Shown: positions 47,134 to 56,780, counted from the stretch's first letter. The stretch: DNA of 64,000 bases from an uncultured delta proteobacterium (GCA_963782055.1 CAWAIF010000003.1:6240001-6304000), one strand, 5' to 3'. Notes: generated from the sequence alone by a model not told the origin. Translations and numbers: made by a program.

Positions 47134-48336
47134 ATGAGCTGGCTCGGTGCAATCTCCGTGCGCCGCAAACTTCACGGGTGCGCGAGTGTGGGTGAAGGGA
47201 CGCGGGCGCACGGAACGGTGTGGGTCCACGGGGGGGGCTCGGTGCGCCTCGGCGCGCGCGTTCACCTGGACGGAACACGCGCGCCCATCGAGCTGCACGC
47301 CGGGCCGGGGGCGGAGCTGGTGCTGGACGATGACGTCCACGTGGCGGGTGGCACCTCCATCGAGGCGCAGCACGCCGTCCACATCGGGGCGCGCACCCGC
47401 GTGGGGCCGTTCTGCAAGGTGCTCGACACCCACTACCACCGCCTGGAGGGCGACCGGACCGAGCGCCCCCCGCCGGGATTGGTGGTGGTGGAGGAGGACG
47501 TGGAGCTGGGCCCGCGCACCGTGCTCCTCCCCCGGGCGCACGTGGGGCGCGGCTCGACCGTGCGCGCCGGCACCGTCGTGACACGGCGCTTCCCTCCGGA
47601 CAGCGTCCTGTCGGGCATCCCCGCCGCGGCGCACGCCCGGCCGCCGGCGGGTCGTGGCGACGGGGCGAAGCGCGACACCGACAAGAGGCCATCGGATGCG
47701 GCGCCGCCCGCCGGGGAGCCGCCGCCGGCGGTGATCCAGGAGGCTCTCCGCATCGCCCGGTTGCTGGTGACCGACCCGTTGGCGGGCATGGGCCGCATCG
47801 AGCGCGGGCTGGGAGTGGCCAGGGCACAGTGGGTCTTCCGCAAGTGTCGCGTCGGCGCCCTGGTCAACGTCCTCGGAGACCTGCGCGTGCAGGCGCGCGG
47901 CGAGATCACCTTGGGCGACCGCATCCAGTTCGTTCAGGGGATGGTGTCGAGCGAGATCGTGTGCGACGACGGCGCGGAGATCCGCATCGGCACCGGGACC
48001 ATGTTCAGCTACGGCCTGTCCATCCACGCCCTGCGCAGCGTGCGCATCGGCGAGCGGTGCCTCTTCGGGGCGATGGTCCAGATCCGCGACGCCGACCACG
48101 AGGGCATCGCGCCCGTCGTCATCGGCGACGACGTGTGGGTCGCCCACGGCGCGATGATCGAGCCGGGCGTGACCATCGGCGCCGGCAGCGTGATCTCCGC
48201 CGGCAGCGTGGTGACCTCCGACGTCCCGTCCCACAGCATCGCCGTGGGCAACCCGGCGAGCTGCATCCCCCTTCGCATGATGACGCGGAGGGAGGCCGCG
48301 CCCCTCGGCCGCACCAGCGCGAGCGGCGCGGGATAG
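47134..48336 (+). CDS. Tandem left-handed beta-helix (maltose acetyltransferase-like) acyltransferase
   Basis: Two hexapeptide domains ending LSGIPA and AVGNPA, joined by a Pro-rich linker. Confidence 0.85.
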   Translation: MSWLGAISVRRKLHGCASVGEGTRAHGTVWVHGGGSVRLGARVHLDGTRAPIELHAGPGAELVLDDDVHVAGGTSIEAQHAVHIGARTRVGPFCKVLDTHYHRLEGDRTERPPPGLVVVEEDVELGPRTVLLPRAHVGRGSTVRAGTVVTRRFPPDSVLSGIPAAAHARPPAGRGDGAKRDTDKRPSDAAPPAGEPPPAVIQEALRIARLLVTDPLAGMGRIERGLGVARAQWVFRKCRVGALVNVLGDLRVQARGEITLGDRIQFVQGMVSSEIVCDDGAEIRIGTGTMFSYGLSIHALRSVRIGERCLFGAMVQIRDADHEGIAPVVIGDDVWVAHGAMIEPGVTIGAGSVISAGSVVTSDVPSHSIAVGNPASCIPLRMMTRREAAPLGRTSASGAG

Positions 48337-48421
48337 GCCGTTCCTCTGCGCGCGGGTGGCGGTCGCACGGCGGCGGCCAGGGGTGGGCGGCGGCCGACGC
48401 GAGCGATGGTAGCTTCGCCTG

Positions 48422-49528
48422 ATGCGCACCTCGTGGCTCCTGCTCGCGATCGCCGCCGCCGCCGGCGCGACGTGGGCGCGCGCAGCGAGCGCGGGCGACG
48501 CGGCGCTCGTCGTCATGCTGGAGAACGACGACGCCGCCCCGCCGGAGTCCGCCACGCTCGACGCGATCCGCGCGCAGGTGGGCGACCTCCCCGTGAAGGT
48601 GCGCCTCGAGCGCCACGCGCGCTTCGCCGACCTGCGCGCGCAGATGGACTACGCGGCGCACCTGGCGTCGTCGTCCGGCGCGCGCGGCGTCTTCTGGGTG
48701 AACGCCGACGTCTCCGGCGATGTCCTGCTCTTCATGCTCGACCCCGACGGCGACCGCCTGCTCCTGCGCCGCATCGAGGGCCACGGCGCGAGCGAGGCGG
48801 TGACCGAGGAGGTCGCCAACGTGGCGCACGCCATCGTCGAGGCCCTCGCCGAGGGGCAGCGCGTCGGGATGACCGCGGTGCCGGTGCCGGCGCCTCCTCC
48901 GCCTCCGCCGAGTCCACGGCCACACCCACCACCCGCACGGCGCACGCCGCCGGCGCCGCGACCAATCCCTCACCCGCGCCCTCCCCCTCGCCGCCACGTC
49001 CCGGCGCCGGGCGTCCCCGTCTGGACGCAGGCCGGTTGGGCGGGCTCCACCTGGGCGTCCGGCGTCCCGTGGACCCACGGCGCCGCCCTGGGCGTCGAGG
49101 CGCGCCTCACGCGCGGGCTCCTCTTGCGTGCAGACTACACGTTCTTTCTCCCGGCGACGGTCGCCGCGCAGGGCACGACGCTGCAGCTCGCCCGGCACCC
49201 GGCCGACGTCGCCTTCGGATGGGAGGGTACCTTCGGCCGCCTCGGCGTCGGCGCGGAGCTGGGCGCGACGCTCGATCCGGTCGGGCGCGCCACCCTCGCG
49301 GTCGCGGAGGGCCTGACGCCCGCGCCCGATGGGATCGCGCTGACCTTCGCCCTCTCGCCCCGGGCGCGCGCCGCGCTGCGCCTCCTCCCGTGGGTGGAGA
49401 TCTACCTGCGTGGAGGCGTGGATGTCTTCCTCGCCCAGCCCGCTTACGCCATCGGACCCACGACGCTGGTGTCGCCGGACGTGGTCCGCGCGCGCATTGA
49501 CAGTGGTCTGTCCTTCAGAGTGTTCTGA
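48422..49528 (+). CDS. Exported protein with Pro-rich linker and C-terminal beta-strand domain
   Basis: Signal peptide, C-terminal GLSFRVF suggests a small outer-membrane barrel. Confidence 0.6.
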   Translation: MRTSWLLLAIAAAAGATWARAASAGDAALVVMLENDDAAPPESATLDAIRAQVGDLPVKVRLERHARFADLRAQMDYAAHLASSSGARGVFWVNADVSGDVLLFMLDPDGDRLLLRRIEGHGASEAVTEEVANVAHAIVEALAEGQRVGMTAVPVPAPPPPPPSPRPHPPPARRTPPAPRPIPHPRPPPRRHVPAPGVPVWTQAGWAGSTWASGVPWTHGAALGVEARLTRGLLLRADYTFFLPATVAAQGTTLQLARHPADVAFGWEGTFGRLGVGAELGATLDPVGRATLAVAEGLTPAPDGIALTFALSPRARAALRLLPWVEIYLRGGVDVFLAQPAYAIGPTTLVSPDVVRARIDSGLSFRVF

Positions 49529-49540
49529 AGCGTCCTTTTG

Positions 49541-49570
49541 ATCCGCCCGATTTCGACCGCCGGCCCCACT
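49541..49570 (+). promoter_or_regulatory. Candidate ECF promoter ATCCGCCCG-N16-CCACT (copy 1, before the sigma gene)
   Basis: Same motif and spacing at 51450-51479. Confidence 0.65.
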
Positions 49571-49576
49571 GTAGCG

Positions 49577-50143
49577 GTGGAGTCTGCTCCGGCAGACGCC
49601 TCCGGTGGGAGCGTGCAAGGTCTCGATGAGGATCGGTCGTTGATGCAGCGTGTCGCAGCCGGAGAGCGCAGGGCTCAGCAGGATCTGCTGACGCGGCTCG
49701 CGCCGCGCGCGCGCCGGGTCTCCCTGGCCCTCCTGCGCGACGCGGCCGACGCGGACGACGCGGCGCAGGGCGCGCTCCTCGAGGTGCTCAGGTCCGCGCA
49801 CACCTACGGCGGGGCCGCTTCGGTGGAGCGCTGGGCGGACCGCATCGTGGCGCGCACCGCCATTCGCCTCGCGCGGGACAACCGGCGCCGCGTCCCCCCG
49901 GAGGCCGCGCCGGAGAGCGCGTCGCCGCCGTCGCTCGAGGGCGCCGCGCACGACGTCCGGCGCTACCTGGAGGTCCTCCCGGAGGCGCAGCGGACCACCC
50001 TCGTGCTGCGCCACGTGATGGGCTGCTCGATCGAGGAGATCGCCGCGACGACGGGCGTGCCGGTCAACACCGTCAAGGATCGCCTGGTGCGCGCGCTGGG
50101 CCAGATCCGCGGCATGGTGCGGCGGGGCGAGGGGAGCGCATGA
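49577..50143 (+). CDS. ECF RNA polymerase sigma factor
   Basis: DADDAAQ (region 2), LPEAQRTTLVLRH...SIEEIA...VNTVKDRL (region 4); start placed at GTG 49577. Confidence 0.9.
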   Translation: MESAPADASGGSVQGLDEDRSLMQRVAAGERRAQQDLLTRLAPRARRVSLALLRDAADADDAAQGALLEVLRSAHTYGGAASVERWADRIVARTAIRLARDNRRRVPPEAAPESASPPSLEGAAHDVRRYLEVLPEAQRTTLVLRHVMGCSIEEIAATTGVPVNTVKDRLVRALGQIRGMVRRGEGSA

Positions 50144-51450
50144 GGTCGCCCGCCACGTGCCGCGACTGGGCGCGCGTCTTCGAGGCCGAGCTCGTCGACG
50201 ACGCCGTCCCGGAGGAGCTGCGGGAGCAGGCCTCCGCCCACGAGGCCGCCTGCGCGCAGTGCGCGGCGGAGCGGGAGACGTGGCGCGCGCTCGCTGCCCT
50301 GCCGGAGGAGCGCGCCGGGACCGACGCCGCCTTCGCGCAGGGGGTGCTCGCCGCGCTCGACCGGAGCAAGGTGATCCGCGTCCGGCGGTGGTGGGCCGCC
50401 GTGGCCGTCGCGACCGCCGCCGCCGCAGCCGTCCTCCTCGTGCTGCGCGCGCGCCACCAGGCGCCGCCGGCGTCCCCCGTGGAGGTGGCGAGCGTGCAGG
50501 TGTCCGAGCTCTCCGGCGAGGTGAAGGTCGACGGCGCGCCCGCCGCCGTCGCGGGGGCCGTACGCCCGTCGTCCGTCGTGTCCACCGGCGCCGGCCGCGC
50601 CTGCCTGACGGTGGACCCGCGGGTCCGCCTGTGCATGGACCACGACACCGAGGTGGCCGTCGCCGACGTCACGCTCGCGCATCGCCGCGTGGACCTGCGG
50701 CGCGGCCGCGTCGTGGTGTCGCTCGCCCCGCAGCCCGCGGGCTCGACCTTCAGCGTCTCCACGCGCGCCGGGAGCGTCACGGCGATCGGGACGGCCTTCG
50801 CGGTGGACGCGTCGGGCGACGCGGTGGTGGCGCGCGTGCTGCACGGGGTCGTCCTCGTCCGCAGCGGCGCGGCGGAGCAGCGCCTCGGCGCGCACGAGCG
50901 CATGGTGCTCGGCGCGCAGGTGCGCTCCACCTGCTCGGACGACGAGGTGCGCGCCGACCAGGCGCTGCTGGACGGCAGACCGTCTCCGGGGCCCGCGCCG
51001 TCGGCGGCGAGCACCATCCCGTCGGTGGACATCGGCGCCCTCCCGATCGCCTCGGCCTCAGCCGCGCCGCAGCCCTCGCCCGCCGACCTGCTCCGCACGG
51101 CCCGCTCGCAGCGCGGCGATCGCGAGCTGGCCCAGGCGGCCGGCACCTACCGCAAGCTGCAGAGCCTCTACCCGGCCAGCGTGGAGGCACGAGCCTCCTA
51201 CGTCTCGCTGGGAGAGCTGCAACTCGGCGGGCTGAACGATCCCGGCGGGGCCCTCCGCTCCTTCGACGCGTACCTGGCGAGCCCCGGCACGCTCACCGAG
51301 GAGGCGCGCTACGGGCGGATCCGTGCGCTCCGCGCGCTCGGCCGCGGAGACGAGGCGCAGGCTGCGGTCTCCTCCTTCCTCGCCGACTACCCGTCCAGCG
51401 CGGAGGCCGCGGCGCTCCGAGCCGAGCGCGCACCAAGTAATCCGAAGTAA
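50140..51450 (+). CDS. Anti-sigma factor: zinc (HxxxCxxC) domain, TM helix, FecR domain, TPR
   Basis: HEAACAQC, AIGTAFAV, C-terminal FLADYPSS helical repeats; overlaps the sigma stop. Confidence 0.85.
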   Translation: MRSPATCRDWARVFEAELVDDAVPEELREQASAHEAACAQCAAERETWRALAALPEERAGTDAAFAQGVLAALDRSKVIRVRRWWAAVAVATAAAAAVLLVLRARHQAPPASPVEVASVQVSELSGEVKVDGAPAAVAGAVRPSSVVSTGAGRACLTVDPRVRLCMDHDTEVAVADVTLAHRRVDLRRGRVVVSLAPQPAGSTFSVSTRAGSVTAIGTAFAVDASGDAVVARVLHGVVLVRSGAAEQRLGAHERMVLGAQVRSTCSDDEVRADQALLDGRPSPGPAPSAASTIPSVDIGALPIASASAAPQPSPADLLRTARSQRGDRELAQAAGTYRKLQSLYPASVEARASYVSLGELQLGGLNDPGGALRSFDAYLASPGTLTEEARYGRIRALRALGRGDEAQAAVSSFLADYPSSAEAAALRAERAPSNPK

Positions 51451-51479
51451 TCCGCCCGGGAGCCCCCAGGCCATCCACT
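51450..51479 (+). promoter_or_regulatory. Candidate ECF promoter ATCCGCCCG-N16-CCACT (copy 2)
   Basis: 8 nt before ATG 51488; overlaps a tandem AAGTAATCCG x2 (51435-51454). Confidence 0.65.
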
Positions 51480-51487
51480 AGGGGTGC

Positions 51488-53866
51488 ATGAAACGAAACG
51501 CTCTGGTCTCGATGCTCGCGTGCGCCGCCCTCGCCGGGGCGGCCTGGCTGGGATGCTCGGCCGATCAAGTCGCCTTCTCGACCGACGCGGGCGCGCCCGA
51601 CGACGCCTCGCCGGGCGACGAGGTGAACGTCCAGTTCGACGCCGGACCCACCGGCCTCTTCGACATCCAGCCCTCCGCCGAGCAGACGATCCAGGTCGCC
51701 ATCGGCCAGAAGGCGCCGACGGTCGACTACACGGCCTCGATCGGCACCACGCCGGTGAGCATCGGCTGGAACGTCGACCGCGGCGAGATCGGCGGCGTGC
51801 CGCCGGGCCCGGCGAGCAAGGCCACCTTCACGCCCACCGGGACCACCGGCGGCATCGTGACGGTCATCGGCAGCGCGAACAAGCAGACCGTCTCCCGCAC
51901 CGTCTTCGTCGAGCTCTCCGGGCAGCAGAACGGGGCCAGCAACGATCCGCTGGAGCAGCAGCAGATCCCGCAGACCGTCGGCGACCTCGGCAAGGGTGGC
52001 GGCGTGGGCGGCGTGGGCGGCGAGGGGCTCGGCCCCGCGGTCACCGACGCGCCCACGCTGGCGGCGCTCGCGAACCCCGCGCACGACGGCAAGGCCCAGG
52101 GGCTCGCGTTCCTCTACCCCTACGACAAGACCGTGTGGCCGCGCGGGATGCTCGCGCCCCTGCTCATGTGGGACTGGAGCGTGGGCGACGCCGACGCGAT
52201 CAAGATCGACCTGAGCACGACGAGCGGCTCCTTCCACTGGTCGGGCACCTTCGCGCGGCCGGCGATCCTCCAGCAGACGGGCGGCAAGTTCATCCACCAC
52301 CCCATCCCGCAGGACGTGTGGGACATGGCGACCAACACGGCCGGCACGGTGATCCACGGCGCGCGCGACAAGCTCGTCGTGAGCGTCACGGTGGCGAGCA
52401 ACCAGCAAGGCTACGGGCCCATCTCCGAGACCTACGACGTGGCGCCCGGCCGCCTCACCGGGACCGTCTACTACAACTCGTACGGCACGCGGCTCACGCA
52501 CACCAGCTGGAAGGACAAGGCCGGCAACCCCATCGGCGCCGCCGTGCTCAGCATCCGCTCCGGCGATCTCGCGCCGAAGGTCGCCGCCGGCTTCGACAGC
52601 ACCGACGCCACCGGCTGCCACGTGTGCCACGTGGTGGCGTCGCGGGGCGGCTCGCTGGTCGCGCAGTCGGAGGACAAGGGGTACAGCGATCGGCACAGCT
52701 ACCGCCACGATCTCGGCAAGGCGGACGCGAAGGGGACGAGCCTCGCCCCCGACTACAAGTTCGCGTGGTCCGCGCTCACCAGCGACGGCGCGCTCGCCTT
52801 CACCAACTCCACGCACCTGTCGTGCACCAACTACGGCGTGGACAACAGCCCGAGCGAGCTCTGGAACATGAGCAACACGCCGTCGAAGGCGACCATGTCC
52901 GGGCTGCCCAACGGGCTGCAGGCCGGCTACCCGTCCTTCTCCCCGGACGACGCGTACCTCTCCTACATCGACGTGACGGGCAGCCCCAACGACGTCCACG
53001 GCCCCCTCACGGTCGCCAGCTTCAACCCCGCGACGCACGCCTTCTCCAGCGTGCGGTCGCTCGCCACGCCTGCGCAGGGCAAGCGGCTCGGCTTCCCCTC
53101 CTTCACGCCGGACGACAACGGCGTGGTCTACGAGACGCAGGTCCGCGACGGCACCACCTCCGGCGTCGAGGGCGTCTACTGCGGCGACAGCGAGCTGGTG
53201 ACGCGCGCGGGCGCGCGGGGCGAGCTGTGGTGGGTCAACACGCAGGGCAACCCGAAGCCTGTCGCGCTCGATCGCGCCAACGGCAAGGGCTACCTGCCCC
53301 TCGGCCCCAACAACCACGGCGCCTCCACCGGCTCCGATCCCGTCGACAGCTACAACGAGAGCGGCCTGGACGACACGACGCTCAACTACGAGCCGACCGT
53401 CCTGCCCGTCGTCGCAGGCGGCTACGTCTGGGTGGTGTTCACCAGCCGCCGGATGTACGGCAACGAGCTCCAGTCCTTCCCGTACCGGAGCTGGCCCGGC
53501 GAGTACGACACGAGCAACGTCGCGCTCGGCACCACGAAGAAGCTCTGGGTCGCGGCCATCGATCTGAACGCGCCCCCGGGCACCGACCCGAGCTACGCCG
53601 CCTTCTACCTCCCCGCGCAGGAGCTGCTCGCGGGCAACTCGCGCGGCTTCTGGGTGCTCGACCCCTGTCACGAGGACGGCGACACCTGCACCTCCGGCGA
53701 TCAGTGCTGCAGCGGTGGCTGCGGCGGCGGCGGCGACGGAGGCCTGGTGTGCTCGCCTCCGGTCGGCTGCTCCAAGGTGTCGGACAGGTGCACCACCGCG
53801 GCCGACTGCTGCGACTCCACCAACCAGTGCATCGGCGGCTACTGCGCCTGGATCCCCCCGAAGTGA
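51488..53866 (+). CDS. Large lipoprotein, TolB-like propeller with Cys-rich C-terminus
   Basis: Lipobox WLGC, PSFSPD/PSFTPD repeats, WVVFTSRR, single CHVCH, C-terminal CC repeats. Confidence 0.75.
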   Translation: MKRNALVSMLACAALAGAAWLGCSADQVAFSTDAGAPDDASPGDEVNVQFDAGPTGLFDIQPSAEQTIQVAIGQKAPTVDYTASIGTTPVSIGWNVDRGEIGGVPPGPASKATFTPTGTTGGIVTVIGSANKQTVSRTVFVELSGQQNGASNDPLEQQQIPQTVGDLGKGGGVGGVGGEGLGPAVTDAPTLAALANPAHDGKAQGLAFLYPYDKTVWPRGMLAPLLMWDWSVGDADAIKIDLSTTSGSFHWSGTFARPAILQQTGGKFIHHPIPQDVWDMATNTAGTVIHGARDKLVVSVTVASNQQGYGPISETYDVAPGRLTGTVYYNSYGTRLTHTSWKDKAGNPIGAAVLSIRSGDLAPKVAAGFDSTDATGCHVCHVVASRGGSLVAQSEDKGYSDRHSYRHDLGKADAKGTSLAPDYKFAWSALTSDGALAFTNSTHLSCTNYGVDNSPSELWNMSNTPSKATMSGLPNGLQAGYPSFSPDDAYLSYIDVTGSPNDVHGPLTVASFNPATHAFSSVRSLATPAQGKRLGFPSFTPDDNGVVYETQVRDGTTSGVEGVYCGDSELVTRAGARGELWWVNTQGNPKPVALDRANGKGYLPLGPNNHGASTGSDPVDSYNESGLDDTTLNYEPTVLPVVAGGYVWVVFTSRRMYGNELQSFPYRSWPGEYDTSNVALGTTKKLWVAAIDLNAPPGTDPSYAAFYLPAQELLAGNSRGFWVLDPCHEDGDTCTSGDQCCSGGCGGGGDGGLVCSPPVGCSKVSDRCTTAADCCDSTNQCIGGYCAWIPPK

Positions 53867-53873
53867 GCGACGG

Positions 53874-55730
53874 TCAGAGCGACTCCAGGTAATCGACCAG
53901 GTTCCTCCGGTCGGCGTCGGTCAGCGACTGGGTGTTGCCGTGGAGGGAGCCGGCGCACGCGGTGTCGGTGAGGCGCGCCATCAGGGTCGGGGCGCAGCCG
54001 TCGTGCATGTAAGGCGCCCGGTCGCCGACGCCCAGCAGCATGGGCACCTGCACCGGCGTCTCGCGCCCGATGTCCACGTCCTCGGCCATCGTACCCTTCG
54101 GCCCGTCGTGGCACGCGACGCAGCCGCCGGTGCCCTCGAAGATCGCCTTCCCCGCGGCGACGCGCTGCGGATCCAGATCGGTGCGCGCGGGGATACGCGG
54201 GACCGCGCCGAGCCAGCGCGCCAGGATGGGGAGCTGCGCGTCGCTCAGCGCGCCGCCGCTCATGCGGCTGGTCAGCACGTCGTGGGTGAGCGCGGCCAGA
54301 TCCTTCTGGTCGCCGTCCCAGTGGTACGGGGCGCTGCCGGCGACCACGCCGCCGCGGAGCGACTGCGTCCGGCGGTCGCGCTCCTCGCCGTCCTCGAAGA
54401 AGGACCAGGTGTGCCCGTCGTCCCCACCCTCGGCGTGGCAGCTCATGCAGGCCACGCCCGCGAGCGTTGGCTGGTGGAAGACCGCGAAGCCGGTGTCGGC
54501 GTGGCTCGTCTTCTGCGGCAACGCCACCTGCTGGACCTGCTCGGTGTGATCCGGGCCTCTGGTCTCGACGACGAGCGCCGCCGGATCGCGCTGCTGGAAC
54601 ACGATCGCGCGCGGGAGCGTCCCATGCGGCGGCGCCACCGCGATGGACAGGAAGGCGCGAGGCACGGCCGTCTCGGAGAGCGAGGGTGGCGCCACCTGCG
54701 TGTCGAGGGTGCGGTCCGCCTGGACGATCATCACGCTCCCGCCCTGGACCGGGACCGCCAGCGCGCGCCCGTCGTCGGAGATCGCGACGTCGATGACCGG
54801 CCCCGCGGGGACGAGCTCCACCGGCGGGGCGGGCACGCCCGCGGAGAAGATGGTCACCTCCGGCCCCACCAGACCGGTGACGTCCCCCCCGCCGGCGCCG
54901 TACGCATCCGGCGCGGCGACGTCGATCAGCATGGTGGACGCGCGCTGGTGCAGCATGAGCACCCCGCCGCCCGGGGCGCGCACCGCGCGCCACGCGAGGT
55001 CCGGCTGGAAGCCGTCGGGCGCCAGGGGCGCGGTGCGCCCCACGACGTCGCCGGCGGGATCGATGGTCAGCAGCTCGGCGCTGCGAAAGCGTGTAATATA
55101 CAACTTGTCGCCGTCGACCACGACGTCGCGCAGATCGCGCTGCAGGTGCAGCACCCGCGTCGGGGCGCCGCCCGCGGCGGGGAGCGTCACCAGCTCGCCG
55201 GTGGCGCAGGCGACGAGGACGCTGTCGCTCGCCGGATCGTAGTCCAGCCCGCGGGGCGCGGGGCACACCGCCGTGCGATCGAGCAGCGTCTGGGTCACGG
55301 GGTCGATCGTCACGACCGCGCCGCCGCGGCGCAGCGCGACGTGGACGTGCCCCGCGCCGTCGGCCACCATGCGCCCCGGCTCGTCCCCCGGCTGCAGCGC
55401 CACCCCGCCCAGGTACCCTGCCCCGTCGATGGACACCACGTCGATGCGGTCCTCGTCCGGATCGGAGGCGACGGCGATCCGGCCCACGGGGCTGGAGGAT
55501 GGGACCACGAGCAGGGAACCCCCGGACAGGGGCGGGGGGGGCGCGTCCGCCTGCACGGCGACGCCGCCCAGCACGGGCGGTTCGAAGGGCGGCGCCGCCT
55601 CCGAAGAGGGCACGCCCCCGTCGTACCAATAGTCGTAGCCGCCACCGTACGACCAGCGGTCCTGGCAGGCGGCGACGGCGAGGGCGCAGGGGACGGTGAG
55701 CAGGAGGACGAGACGAGCGAGGGGACGCAT
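53874..55730 (-). CDS. Beta-propeller plus diheme cytochrome c lipoprotein
   Basis: VAAC lipobox, CMSCH, APYHWDG, CVACH, APYMHDG, YLESL. Confidence 0.85.
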   Translation of the reverse strand: MRPLARLVLLLTVPCALAVAACQDRWSYGGGYDYWYDGGVPSSEAAPPFEPPVLGGVAVQADAPPPPLSGGSLLVVPSSSPVGRIAVASDPDEDRIDVVSIDGAGYLGGVALQPGDEPGRMVADGAGHVHVALRRGGAVVTIDPVTQTLLDRTAVCPAPRGLDYDPASDSVLVACATGELVTLPAAGGAPTRVLHLQRDLRDVVVDGDKLYITRFRSAELLTIDPAGDVVGRTAPLAPDGFQPDLAWRAVRAPGGGVLMLHQRASTMLIDVAAPDAYGAGGGDVTGLVGPEVTIFSAGVPAPPVELVPAGPVIDVAISDDGRALAVPVQGGSVMIVQADRTLDTQVAPPSLSETAVPRAFLSIAVAPPHGTLPRAIVFQQRDPAALVVETRGPDHTEQVQQVALPQKTSHADTGFAVFHQPTLAGVACMSCHAEGGDDGHTWSFFEDGEERDRRTQSLRGGVVAGSAPYHWDGDQKDLAALTHDVLTSRMSGGALSDAQLPILARWLGAVPRIPARTDLDPQRVAAGKAIFEGTGGCVACHDGPKGTMAEDVDIGRETPVQVPMLLGVGDRAPYMHDGCAPTLMARLTDTACAGSLHGNTQSLTDADRRNLVDYLESL

Positions 55731-55742
55731 GCGGGCCGCGAG

Positions 55743-55758
55743 TGCACGGAGGGTGCCA
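55743..55758 (-). promoter_or_regulatory. sigma54 -24/-12 promoter
   Basis: Minus strand TGGCACCCTCCGTGCA, 12 nt before ATG 55730. Confidence 0.55.
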
Positions 55759-56199
55759 GGGGGTGCGGGGTGCGGCTGGAGGCGGAGGAAGCGCGGGAAG
55801 GAGGGCCGGGGGGTGTCCGGCGTGTGCAGCGTGGTGCACAGGTGGGAAGGTTGGGGGGCCCCTCCAGCTCGTGCTCGGGCCCATGCTCGCGCCCGCGCGG
55901 GCCGGCGATGTATGCGAGGTCACGGGCTGCGGCCCGCACGGGCGCTTGCGCGTGGGCCCTGCGCGCGAGCTTCCACCCCTCGATGTCGCGCTCCGCGCGC
56001 CATACGGGGAGGATGGTGTGCTGCGCGGGGACGGAGCGGCGGTCTGCGACGTGAGGGACGCGGACTTTCTCCTTCACACGTACGAACACCTTGTTCTTCC
56101 CAACTGGGCCGGAAGGACGAGGTCTAGCAGGTCCCCCGCCCGCTCGTGAGTGAGGCGGCGGTTCGCCCGGCGGCGTGCGTCGACTCCCGACTTGCGTCG

Positions 56200-56271
56200 T
56201 GGGCGCGGCAGGGCTCGAACCTGCGACCCCTACCTTGTCGAGGTAGTGCTCTCCCACTGAGCTACGCGCCC
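56200..56271 (-). tRNA. tRNA-Val(GAC), CCA not encoded, C at position 33
   Basis: GGGCGCG TA GCTC AGTGGGA GAGC A CTACC TCGACAA GGTAG GGGTC GCAGG TTCGAGC CCTGC CGCGCCC A. Confidence 0.92.
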
Positions 56272-56291
56272 GCCCCTCCACCGACGCGCGC

Positions 56292-56780
56292 TCACCCCCT
56301 GCGCTGACGCCGCCGCAGCAACCCCAGCGCCCCCACCAGCCCCGCCAGCGCCGCCGCGTCCCCCGCACCTCCCGCGAGCGCGCACCCGCCCGACGAATCC
56401 CCGGGCCCCGACACCGCCTCGCACAGGGTCCAGTCCCCTCCCCCGCCGCACACGCACGCGGGCGCGCACCGGCCGCGGGAGCAGCACCCGGACGCGCAGT
56501 CGGCCGCGACCGTGCAGGGGTCCTCGCACGCGCACGCGCCCCCCGCGCAGGCCGCGGCGATCTTCGCCTGCGCCGGCTGGCAGACCAGCGGCGCGCTGCC
56601 CGCGTCCGGCGGCTGGCCGCACGCCGCGCTCTGGCCGCACACCGTGCCGCAGCAGTAGGGGAAGTCGGTCGGGCAGCACATGCCGCCGTCGCAGTCGACG
56701 GGCGCGCTCGCCGGGCAGGCCGCGCGCGCCGGCGACGCGAGCAGCGTGAGCAGCGCCGCCACCGCGATCCCGGACGCCAC
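56292..56780 (-). CDS. Small Cys-rich exported protein with MYXO-CTERM-like tail
   Basis: Signal peptide, many Cys, GGC-TM-RRRQRR; start uncertain (up to 56834). Confidence 0.7.
   Translation of the reverse strand: MASGIAVAALLTLLASPARAACPASAPVDCDGGMCCPTDFPYCCGTVCGQSAACGQPPDAGSAPLVCQPAQAKIAAACAGGACACEDPCTVAADCASGCCSRGRCAPACVCGGGGDWTLCEAVSGPGDSSGGCALAGGAGDAAALAGLVGALGLLRRRQRRG

Noticed and set aside
55760..56190. Possible small gene or element between the cytochrome gene and the tRNA
   Set aside because: Open frames on both strands but no recognisable motif or convincing start.
5892..56271. The two Val(GAC) sequences as attL/attR of a 50-kb element
   Set aside because: They are on opposite strands and differ at several positions, and the intervening genes look chromosomal with no integrase.
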